Below are positions 1 through 9,538 of a DNA stretch of 32,000 bases, in pieces. Source of the DNA: Wallemia ichthyophaga EXF-994 (taxonomy: Eukaryota > Fungi > Basidiomycota); the NCBI RefSeq assembly GCF_000400465.1, contig NW_008806282.1:404659-436658 (forward strand), read 5' to 3'. How positions within the stretch are numbered: the stretch's first letter is position 1; each line of letters begins with the position of its first letter. The position numbers and the translations under genes were made by a program. The notes below the pieces were generated by a model. That model did no database searches, was not told where the DNA came from, and saw only the letters and a list, made by a program, of their open reading frames with translations.

Positions 1-1083
1 TTGTGGTTGCGACTGTCCATCTCCATCACATGGCTACACTCACCATCCACACACACCATCGCCGTGATAGGCTTGTGGTCGCTGATGGTCACCTGTGGAA
101 AAGAGTCGTAAAAGACGCAGCGAGTCGCTGCGGCAGACGCAAAGAGGACTCTGTCCGTCCAGCTGGGGTCGCGACGCGCATCGACACCGTCTACGCTACC
201 CACTGTGTATTTATAAGTGGGCAGGAAAGCGCTAAAACAACCCTCGCGCAGTCCGTTCATCACTCGCCCACCACGCATTTCCCGCGCCAGCTCGTCATGA
301 GAGGCTAACGAATCAAGGTCGATAATTTTCTGCTCTAGCTTGCTGTTGCTAGAGCTGCTGCTGTCGCCGTACAGCCTGTAATTGAGGTCACCAAAGACCA
401 AGAGGTGGGTGGAGTCGTATATGGATGGTTTGATGCGCGACACAAGTGATCTGTAGTCTGTGATATGTGATATGCACACTATGTCAGTATGAAGCACCTA
501 ATCAAGACACCCATCTCACCCCAATTGCGCCGCGCAACATTCTCCTCCCCTTGGTGCGCGGCGAGGTGAGCGTTTACGAGGGTAAGAATACCGCCGCTGG
601 GGAGGTGAATGCGCGTAGAAATCGCGCCCTTATTACCCATCACGCCGCCAACGCCTAGACCGACGTGCGTGGAGTGTGTGTGTGTTTGTTGGCTTGCGAT
701 GTGGGGGCGGGCGTAGACGAGCATTGTAAGACCAGCGAAGGATGACTGATGGATGCAAGTGTATATGACGTCACTGTTGTTATCTTTGCTATCACCAACA
801 CCCGCATACTTGGTCAGCGCCCTGTGCACCGTCGACGCCGTTCCGCGGAGTTTGTCAGACGCGTTCCAGCCGCTGACTGAGGAAACAGCGTCAGATATAT
901 TCATAGACCACTCGCTCACCCACGCGCTTCGGCCAGTGGCTGCGTTTCCTGTGTACCGACAACAAGCAGATCGGGAAGATCGGAGAGACGCGGAGATGGA
1001 AGAAGCCAGTCAGCCAGCTCGTGTGGCTTGACGCTGCCCAGCGATCTCTCGTGGACGTTGAAAGATGAGATTTGAATTTTCAT
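1..1083 (-). CDS. Inositol polyphosphate 5-phosphatase (catalytic domain at the N-terminus, no Sac1 domain; 3' end runs off the window)
   Basis: ATG at 1083 (MKIQISSFNV..LADWLLP..PDLLVVGTQE). Introns 877-923 (GTGGGT..CAG) and 458-519 (GTGAGA..CAG) join the family motifs GNKGAI, LVNAHLAAH, FGDLNYR, PTYKY, PSWTDRVLF and SDHKP. The frame is open to base 1. Confidence 0.92.
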
Positions 1084-1167
1084 TCAATTTCGCCGTGGTG
1101 GTTGTAGCTAAGCTGGATTCTGTTGGCAGTCGACAGCCATCATCACCTCGAGTAGAAAAGCAGGAGA

Positions 1168-2558
1168 ATGAAAAACTTGGAGAACAGCGTGGATATTTGT
1201 GCGTGTGGTGTATACTACCCAGCCATCCTTACCTTGTCCCAGCGCAGCCGAAATTCGATCAGTCGACGTACATGGGCCGTGTCAGGCACTTTATCGCGGC
1301 TGTCTCCCCCCTCACCCTATTTGCTTCGGCCGATCGTCTCCAGGATGCCCACAAAGACGTTCTCGCTGTCCAGGAACGTGTCCAGAAATCCCCCGGTGGT
1401 GTATTCGTTAAGCCTGAGGACGCGCAGAAGTATTGGAAGAACAAGCAGCTCGTAGACAGCTCTATACATCCGGGTGAGCGTCGTTGCTGGTTGCTGGTTG
1501 CTAGCTACTGGCTGTACACTCCCCCTTCTAATCTGTCTCATTAGACACCGGCGAGCCTATAGTACTTCCATTTAGAATGTCAGCATTCATGCCTACCAAT
1601 TTGGTTAGTGGCGGTCTTGCTATCCTTTCAATTGGCTTTAACGCCCACTCAGATCATTATCGGCGGTATGCTCGCACCTAATCCCTCTGTAGGCATGGTC
1701 TTGTGTGCTACACACCTCGCTCACCTGGCTATCAGCTCGGATCTGTCATTTTCTGGCAGTGGATGAACCGTGAGTAAGGTTTATCAAGTTTTTCACCCAC
1801 TCACAACTCCCAGAATCACTCAATGTCTGCGTCAATGTGGGTTAATAGCAGGCTGCTTATAGCCACTGTATAACACCACACACAGTCAGCCAATGCGAAC
1901 AAATCCACTCCACTATCCACAAAAGAACTCGCCATGTCTTACCTCGCAGCCACAGCGTCGTCTGTCGGCATAGCAGTGACCTTAACCAAGGGGGTTCCCA
2001 AGCTGAATGTCTCGGCAGCCACCAAAGCCTCACTCGGGCGCATGGTAGTGGGTGATAGTGATAAGCTATCGACAAAGCTAACCCGCTCCCCAGCCATTCG
2101 TATCAGTTGTCACAGCCGGATGCGTGAACATTGCCGCTATGCGCTACAAGGAGATGCGCGACGGGATAGCGGTGACGACGAGTGAAGTAGACGGGGAGCC
2201 TCTACCAGATAACCAGAAAACCACACTAGACGCCTCCTCACGCATTGCGGGTGCTGTGGCAGTATCGCAAACGGCAGCTAGCAGAGTCTTTACTAACATC
2301 CCCACACTTATCTTCGTCCCTCTCATCCAGGCTGCGTTGACCAAGAGAGGTGCATTCGCTGGTAAACGCGGACCTTTACTGGAACGTATCGTGTCGCTGG
2401 GTCTTGCCGGGACAAGTATGATAGTGTTTTTGCCTCCAGCTATCGCCGTCTTCCCCCAGAAAGCTACTCTTGGTGCGGATACCGTCTTTGGGGAGGACGC
2501 ACCGACGGATGAGAAAGGCAGGAGAGTTACGCGGGTGGAATTCAATAGAGGTCTCTAA
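1168..2558 (+). CDS. FSF1: Sideroflexin (mitochondrial inner-membrane carrier, Fsf1/SFXN family), 8 exons
   Basis: Spliced product MKNLENSVDISQPKFDQSTYMGRVRHF..HPDTGEPIVLPFRMSAFMPTN..FWQWMNQSLNV..NSANANK..RMVPFVSVVTAGCVNIAAMR..FNRGL. Introns 1199-1242, 1474-1544, 1604-1652, 1689-1735, 1770-1813, 1837-1885 and 2048-2093 are all GT-AG and phase-consistent. Confidence 0.93.
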
Positions 2559-2619
2559 CGGAGTTATTTGCGTTGTTCTTGTAGAAATCAATTTGTTATC
2601 TCTAACGGTCATCATCGAG

Positions 2620-3215
2620 ATGGAATTTGTGAGTAGATGGTGGAGCGAGAGTGGTGAGAGTGGTGAGAATGGCAGCAACGGCGACTACACCAAACCACCC
2701 AAATACAATGCCAGCATGGATACGCCCAGGGATCTGCCCAGCGTCGGCACAGACGAGAGTGACAAGGAGAAAGAGAAAGAGAAGCAAGCCAACTACTCGC
2801 CGTACACACCGTATACACTAGCGTGGGTTATAATTAAGAAATACAAATGGCTTCATCTCATTGAGGACATGGCAGCCCAGATTCAGGCACAGATTCCGCT
2901 CAGCACGTCGACATGCGCAGACGAATAGGACAAACGAGTCTGGAGAACTGCAGTGTGATAGAAGGAATGTTGTCCGAGTGTATAAACCGGGGATCTTTCA
3001 AGGATAAGCGGGTAAGGGGATGTGACTGGCTGAGAGAGCAGTTTTACGCTTGCTTGGGGGAGCAGCGCCATGCACTGACTGAATTGGGATACGCCTTACC
3101 CCAGAATACACCCCAGAAAGACGATAAGATACGCAGCCTGGCTGACAGACTCGCTCAGGACAGAGAGAAGGAAGCTGAGGAGGGTAGAGTGCCTTTGAAG
3201 GAGAAGACCAAGTAG
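2620..3215 (+). CDS. Uncharacterised twin-CX9C (CHCH-like) protein; 5' exon junction tentative
   Basis: ORF 2913-3215 contains C-SVIEGMLSE-C and C-DWLREQFYA-C (two CX9C motifs) followed by Q..ALTELGY. It can be joined in frame to ATG 2620 through a GTGGGT..GCAG intron at 2823-2920. Confidence 0.6.
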
Positions 3216-3264
3216 AAAGAGAGAAATGCATTTGTTTTTACCCTGTTTTACCCGTTTTACCCGT

Positions 3265-3834
3265 TTACCTCCCTGTTGCTGTCGATAAGCACTGCTGAAC
3301 AACGTCGATAAGGTGGCCATTTTCGAGCGCTGCTGCAACTCTCTCCTTATCGTTGAGCTGCTTGTTGATCGCCGCCTCCTGCATATGCGTACCTTCACGC
3401 ACACGCACGTCCACTTTGAAGCGTGGCGGGAGAGACCTGATGAGCCGCACGCGCAGACACAGGCCAATGAGAGTGGACATGGAGCAATGGGGGATGGTTG
3501 GCGTGAAGAGGATTGTAGCCTCGTTCTGCTCGTCGTCCACGGTGATCTGCGCCTTGCTCACAACTGCAAGTTGCTCGAGTGTGAGTGGGTGCTCTGGGTC
3601 GTTGATGTCTTTGAGGAGGTGGAATAGCTCGTCAGCGTCGATGGCTTGCGCGGGTGTTTTCTCCAGTGTGGCGTTGGCGTTGGCGTTGGCGTAATCTGGA
3701 TTGATATCCCCCACTTGCGCATCAGGTGCTAGGAAATCTGTGCTCCACGGATCGCTATCACTGTAAACATTCCTCTCGCTCTCCTCTACTGTCTGGTGTA
3801 TTATCGGATTAGCGTTGATCTTCTCTGCGTCCAT
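3265..3834 (-). CDS. CIA2: Cytosolic Fe-S assembly targeting factor CIA2 / FAM96B / MIP18 (189 aa, intronless)
   Basis: [70 protein letters not shown] at 3834. Confidence 0.96.
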   Translation of the reverse strand: MDAEKINANPIIHQTVEESERNVYSDSDPWSTDFLAPDAQVGDINPDYANANANATLEKTPAQAIDADELFHLLKDINDPEHPLTLEQLAVVSKAQITVDDEQNEATILFTPTIPHCSMSTLIGLCLRVRLIRSLPPRFKVDVRVREGTHMQEAAINKQLNDKERVAAALENGHLIDVVQQCLSTATGR

Positions 3835-3914
3835 TCTGATTGGTTGGTCGTTATCTATCAAGAAAAATATGAGATTAGCCACACGGATTAGATTGATGAG
3901 GTCATTTAAATTCA

Positions 3915-4915
3915 ATGGCTGCACTGGCTGTACTGGCAGGAGGGGATTTGCGCAGGCTATTGACGGATATCGCATTCCATCGCAGCGCACTTGGAAGGAG
4001 GAGATACATTCAGCGCTACAGGCACACAAGGCACACTCCGCACACTCCGCACACTCAAACTGCACGCCACTCGCCGCTCTTCTCGCACAGCTCCATCGCC
4101 GCCAACTGAGAGATCTCCGCGTCGGCCTCAGTTACGAGAGCACACCGGAGAGCGGCCGAGCAGTGCGCACGACACAGACGCCCACCAACGAGGTCCTCCT
4201 CGTCGCCCACGCAGCCCCGCCAAACCGTTTGTCTCTCTCTGGCGGTTTCGCGGTGGCCTGCAACGGCGATGACGAGCAGCCGCTGGTTGTGAGCTGCGTG
4301 CACACTCTGAGTGGTGGTATCGGGAGTGTGAGCCTGAGTGAGCCAAATAGCGCAAGTGCTCGCGCGAATGGAAACGGAAACGACAGCGCCACTCTCCTGA
4401 TAAGCTGCGCGGGGGGGAGGATAACGGACATACGATACGCAGAGGCAGTGCACTCGAGCCAGCCCCAGAGCGATCTCGTCTACTACAAGCCCTCTGCGAG
4501 TATTATTGGAGGCGTATCCGGCGTATCCGGCGTATCCAGCGCACACAGCGCACCGCTGCGAACACTCCCCATCAACCCCTACCCGCCCCCGCCAGGGACA
4601 GAGGTGGCGGTGTGGAGGCCTCCGGCGACGCCCGGAGACACACCCGCGTGGACACACGGCTCTATCCACCGCTATACCACGCCCAACGGAAAAATGGCAC
4701 AGGCTGGCACGTACGACCACCTCGCGAATGTCGAAATCGACGGCGTACTGCCAGAACTAGGTGCTAGCGGATCGCCTGTGGTGGAGCGAGAGTCTGGGGC
4801 AGTGTGCGCTGTCGTTAGAGGATCCGTGGGTGGATTGAGCGGGGCTAAAACTTGGGGTACGCCTGCAGAACATCTGTGGGAGTGCTTTGACCTCCCTGGG
4901 ATGCCAGTGGGATGA
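3915..4915 (+). CDS. Trypsin-like (PA clan) serine peptidase domain protein; start tentative
   Basis: Triad-like motifs SCVHT (His), PQSDL (Asp) and GASGSPVV (Ser) lie in ORF 3815-4915. Best start is ATG 3915 with intron 3930-3985 (GTACTG..TTGAC..GCAG, phase 0). In-frame ATGs at 3868 and 3896 are alternatives. Confidence 0.7.
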
Positions 4916-5113
4916 CAAAAGAGGGTATTCATGTGTGTATAATCTATTTTCTTTGTTTGTTTGTGTGTTTTGCTTGTAGCCACGCGACTAGGAACGAGGG
5001 TATTCGAGAACCAGCTGTTAGGCTTTAGACTACTTGAATACACCGACAGCCTTGAAATCAAGTAGCTGGCTTTGTCTTTCGGACCTCAACCACCAAGACG
5101 AAGCAGTCCGCAG

Positions 5114-6139
5114 ATGAACAACGCACCCACCAGCGACCACAAGCTGCGCGCCGTCGTACGCAAGTTGCCGCCAAACTTACCAGAGGACGTATTCTACTCG
5201 GCCGTCCAGGCGTGGGTGAACGGCGAGACCACAGCGCACTCCTACTACGCCAAAGGGAAACTGCGCGGGGCAGACTCGAGCAAAGAAAGCGTAGCATCGA
5301 GAGCATACATCACCTTCAACGAGCACACGCAGCTCCTCAACTTCCACGCAGCATTCGACGGACACACTTTCCGCGACAAGCAGGGACGCGAGAGCAAGGT
5401 GTCTGTCGAGTACGCCCCTTTCCAGAAAACACCGGCAGCGCGACACAAAGTCGACGACAGACAGGGCACGATTGACCAAGACGGTGACTTCCTCTCGTTT
5501 CTCCAGTCCCTACAGGCCACACCGACTAAACCTGATTTCGAGGCTAATTGGATAGCGTCGCGAGCTGCTGAGAAACCTAAGACTACACCACTACTCCTTC
5601 ACCTCGCACAGCGCAAGGAGAAGTCAAAGGCGAAGCGCGATAAGGCGCGTCAGAAGCAGCAGCGAAAGGCTGCCGAGAGAGGGGGTAGTGGCACTGGCGC
5701 TGGCGTTGGTGGCAGTAGTGGCAACGGTAGTAATGCACCACCTACCAAGTCTCCTGCTGACCCCTCCTCCTCAGCGTCGAAAACACCCGCTCAACCCAGA
5801 GGCAAGAAGACTAGGGGGGAAAAACGAGCAGCGAAGAAAGTACGCGAGGGCATTTCGTCTCCAAGTACCCCGAAGAGTACTCCAGGCACTCCAGGCACTC
5901 CAAGTACCCCTCCTATCAAGATTCTCGCTCGTCCAGACGCGCCTGATAAGCCAGCCGTGGCACCTTCTGCCCCTCCTGCATCTGTCACTAACAGTAATAA
6001 TAACTCTCACACTCAATCACCCACACTCGACGCTCCCAAAGGGCCAAGAGGCGGTAAGCCCCAGCGAGGTCGCCCTCCCCGCTCGCCGCGTGGTAGAGGC
6101 AGAGGTAGAGGTGGCAAGCAGGCAGCTACGCCGACGTGA
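5114..6139 (+). CDS. UPF3: Nonsense-mediated decay factor UPF3 (Smg4/UPF3 RRM-like domain plus basic disordered tail)
   Basis: KLRAVVRKLPPNL..GKL..SRAYITF..FDGHTFRDKQG..VEYAPFQKTP, followed by a Lys/Pro/RGG-rich tail. First in-frame ATG at 5114. Confidence 0.92.
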   Translation: MNNAPTSDHKLRAVVRKLPPNLPEDVFYSAVQAWVNGETTAHSYYAKGKLRGADSSKESVASRAYITFNEHTQLLNFHAAFDGHTFRDKQGRESKVSVEYAPFQKTPAARHKVDDRQGTIDQDGDFLSFLQSLQATPTKPDFEANWIASRAAEKPKTTPLLLHLAQRKEKSKAKRDKARQKQQRKAAERGGSGTGAGVGGSSGNGSNAPPTKSPADPSSSASKTPAQPRGKKTRGEKRAAKKVREGISSPSTPKSTPGTPGTPSTPPIKILARPDAPDKPAVAPSAPPASVTNSNNNSHTQSPTLDAPKGPRGGKPQRGRPPRSPRGRGRGRGGKQAATPT

Positions 6140-6320
6140 GGCATGCAATGGATGTGATTAGTGATTGGTGATTGCTGGATGATTATGTTTAGATGAAAAT
6201 TTGCAATATTGATACATTGATCTTTTCAAAAGTGGTTTGAGCTGGTTAGTTGGTGAGGTCAACTCAATGAACAGGCTGGTTGTGTGCAAATACTTCTACT
6301 GTCATTTGGAATATCGCGCA

Positions 6321-6330
6321 ATGACGTCAT
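6321..6330. promoter_or_regulatory. CRE/ATF-type palindrome ATGACGTCAT upstream of the MDR gene
   Basis: Perfect 10-bp palindrome containing TGACGTCA, ending 55 bp before ATG 6386. Confidence 0.45.
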
Positions 6331-6385
6331 TCTGAATCGACTGACTAATCTAGCTGATGCGCCCCCTTGACACGCAACTACGAAG

Positions 6386-7566
6386 ATGACTGCCCTACCA
6401 ATCCAAACCAAGAACGTTGTACTCGGCGACTCCTCTGCTAAGCCGGGTCTTTCTACGTGGTATGATATTCACATTGAGGATCGCACTATCAATCAAGTGA
6501 AGCCACACGAGGCTGTTCTTAAAGTAAACGCTGTGGGATTCAACCACCGCGACAAATGGATCCGCAACGGCCTCTACCCGGAGACAGAAGGTGGTCAAAC
6601 AATGGGATCGGATGCAGCTGGTGTGGTTATAGCCGATGGGGAAGGCGAGAAGAGTGCTCTAATCGGACAGCGCTACTTCATCAACCCATCCCGCGGCTGG
6701 TGAGTAGGATACACGCTGACTTGTCAAGCCTAATACACGCAGGTTCTCCAACAAGAAACACAGCGAGGAGCGCTTCATTCTGCCTGGCGGTTGCAAAGAT
6801 GCAGACGGAGTGTTTGCGACGGCTGTGAAGGTCGACAAGAAATACCTCATCCCAACTCCCGCCCACCTCACCGACGAGCAGGCAGCTGCTTGGCCATTGG
6901 CCGCCGTCACCGCGTGGAGGGCGACATTCGTCAAAGCTGAGGTCGAGAAAGGTGACAATGTCCTCATTACAGGTATTGGCGGTGGAGTTGCGTTGCAGGC
7001 CTTGCAATTCGCAGTCGCCAAGGGCGCAAACGCTTACGTCACCTCGAGCTCCCCCGATAAGCTGACGAGAGCCGTGAAGGAATTCGGAGCGAAAGGCGGC
7101 GCTAATTACAAAGATGCAGATTGGCCAGCTCAGTTGAAAAAACAGATGCCTGCTGAACACGCCTATCTCGACGCTGTTGTCGATTCCGCTGGTGGTGATA
7201 TAGTCGCTAAAGTGGGTACGTCTTGGCGGTGATTAACTCGCACTAACATCACTTGCTCAACAGGTCAACCCCATCCTCCAGCCTGGCTCGTCTATCGCCA
7301 TCTACGGCATGGCTGCTAGCTCTCCCAAAACCACTATCACCATGATGGACGTCATCAAGAACTTTAACCTCAAAGGCAGCACTATTGGAAGCTTGGATGA
7401 GCTCAAGCAGGCAACCGAGTTTATGTCAGCTCACAAACTCGTTCCAGTCGTCGACCACCCAGTCATCAACGGTCTCGAGAATGCTGAAGAGGGTTTCCAG
7501 AGACTCGCAAATGGCTCGCAAATGGGCAACGTCGTCATTAATGTCGGTATGTCATCCAAGTTATAA
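6386..7566 (+). CDS. Medium-chain dehydrogenase/reductase, quinone-oxidoreductase-like (Zn-ADH fold, no catalytic Zn Cys)
   Basis: VLKVNAVGFNHRD, MGSDAAGVV, AAWPLAAVTAWRA, VLITGIGGGVA (Rossmann) and GSTIGS..GNVVI. Introns about 6700-6745 (GTGAGT) and 7212-7263 (GTGGGT). Confidence 0.9.
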
Positions 7567-7627
7567 ATGAATTGACTTGCAAACGCTGTATGGCAAATAC
7601 AATATAAATACGAAAATATACATTATT

Positions 7628-8875
7628 TTACCGCTTGTACGGAGGGTGTGTGGGTATCTTCTTGTGCATCTTAGGTCCTAATGCTAGTAGGGAGTTTGAA
7701 GGTATAGCGGAGTGAGTGGGTTGTTTAAGTGTGTTGCGCGATATCGACAAAACCTTGGGACCTTTTTTAGGTCCTGATACTGGTCCCTGAGTAACGCCAG
7801 CCCCCGTAGCACGCTTCTTCACTGCGAATGAGGGTAAGGGTTCGTCGAGAGCGAGATCGACGTCGTCGTCGGGTGGTAGAATGAGCACGTCATCTGACTT
7901 GCGTTTGTTGGTGCGTTTCAATTTGTTTTGTGCAATGGGAGATTCTACTTCTGCGTCGCTCGAATCGATGTGGATGGCTTTAGATGTGCAAGTGCTTGGT
8001 GTGACATTGTTTGAAGCGCTATCACTGCCACCTTTCTCACCCCCGTTACCCCTCTCATCTTTCTTTTTCTGCAATTTGTCGTATTTCCTCTTCCATTCCG
8101 TGATATTACTCTTGAATCTATTCTGTGCTGTCTCACTATCGCTGAGCAAACCACGTAGTCTGCTCTCATTTCTCTCCATCTGCGCCAGTCTATCATCCTT
8201 CATTGTGATATGTAAGCTGTGATCTTTCTTAACTTTGGCGTTATCAGCCAGAGATTTCTCGTAGCTGTGGCGGAGGTGTACCTCCTCAGCGGAGATTCTA
8301 GCCAGCTGTTTAGTGTGATCGAGTTTAAGTTTCCCTATTTCCTTTTTCTTGTGTGCGTCGAATGTGGCTAGTAGATCACTAAGCGACGCTATCTTATCGT
8401 TCAACTCAGCTACCGTCCTGCTCTGATCAAGACGCTCATTCAAACCTCTAAGTTCTTTTGAGAGAATCCTGAGTAACTTTGCTGTATTTTCATCGTTTAT
8501 ATCGCATCCACTGACGATCTGCAGAATATCTTCGAATATCACTCTTAGACTGCCTTGATCGCGTTTGAGAGTGAGTGAGTGGATCTTGCGTGATATATCC
8601 AAGAGCTTCTCCACTTTCACATCCCTGCTTTCATCGCTATCGCCGAGGTGGAGCTTTATGAGGTCGTGTTGGGTGTGAATGGCGTATCGACACGCTGGAC
8701 AGTGTTTATTGGAGTGAGTGTGTTGCAACCACTTCTGTATGCATATCAAGTGGAATACGTGTCCTGTTTTTGTCCTGTGAGCTTGTTCTGCCTACTATCA
8801 TCGCTACTACACACCACATTTCACTGCTGCTGTTGTTCCACTTGATAAACTATCGAAGCATATTGAGCAGTCCAT
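7628..8875 (-). CDS. N-terminal RING-H2 E3 ubiquitin ligase with central coiled coil (TRAIP-like architecture)
   Basis: Exon 1 MDCSICFDSLSSGTTAAVKCG, intron 8764-8814 (GTGTGT..CAG), exon 2 HVFHLICIQKW..CPACR give a C3H2C3 RING. A heptad-rich region and a disordered basic tail follow. Confidence 0.85.
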
Positions 8876-9030
8876 TAGTTGGTTGTTGTGAGCCGTTCGG
8901 CTGCTAATGACGTCGTCTGTTCAACCTTTGAACGGGAATGGAATGCAGAATTTTCACTTTTATTTGTTGCTTTCACTTTTTACATTTGTGTTTATAGCAG
9001 CGTACATAATGTATTTAAACCTCTTTGTCG

Positions 9031-9198
9031 ACGCGTCTTTGTTATTTGGATCGAGTGAATGAAACGCGAGGTTGAGTTACGAAACGCGAAATGGATCAAT
9101 TGGCTGTGTGGATTCTTTGCCCATAACGCCCTCACCCCCAATTACTTGAAATGCCTCGCAGCTTTCCAACAACAGGACAAAGCAGCAAAACGCGAAAA
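9031..9198. promoter_or_regulatory. Cluster of MCB/SCB-like ACGCG elements upstream of the RING gene
   Basis: ACGCGT 9031-9036, ACGCGA 9064-9069, ACGCGAAA 9084-9091 and ACGCGAAAA 9190-9198. Confidence 0.5.
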
Positions 9199-9538
9199 TA
9201 ATCTATTTAGAGCGCTTGATAGGGGTGCATGGAGTGGCAAATCATGCTCATGCGCACACATACGTACTCATAACGCCCAATATATCCAAACACGAATTAG
9301 GTCAGTTGAGTGCATCGCACATATCGACCAATATCCTCATCACACCAAACAAACAACGCAGTACACACACACACACCACAGCTGACCTCCATTGCCCTAT
9401 GCACCGCGTCAAACGAGTCGAAGAAATGGAACATGAGACATTCGACATGAAACATGCATAAAATAAATTGCTTTTAACTTGATTTAGTTAGTTGATTTTG
9501 GTCACTTGAGTTACCGCCTTAACACCACATCAACCCAC

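Noticed and set aside
3-1031. Plus-strand ORFs 3-308, 467-658 and 753-1031
   Set aside because: They are antisense shadows of the well-supported 5-phosphatase exons and carry no motifs.
1065-1198. N-terminal extension of ORF 1065-1544 as the sideroflexin start
   Set aside because: ATG 1168 plus intron 1199-1242 restores the conserved DISQPKFDQST N-terminus; the extension would overlap the 5-phosphatase start.
2913-3215. Calling the twin-CX9C protein EMI1
   Set aside because: It lacks the Emi1/DUF3128 pattern I recall (C..AFD..CYS.GGQ....YRYG), so no gene symbol was given.
3835-4065. 77-aa N-terminal extension of CIA2 in ORF 3265-4065
   Set aside because: It starts at a non-ATG codon, is antisense to the peptidase gene and consists of repeat-derived CAE triplets; family similarity begins at [10 protein letters not shown].
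9059-9461. ORFs 9059-9385 and 9216-9461 in the RING/RPN7 spacer
   Set aside because: Low-complexity His/Thr (CA-repeat) composition, no motifs, and overlap with the promoter-like MCB cluster.
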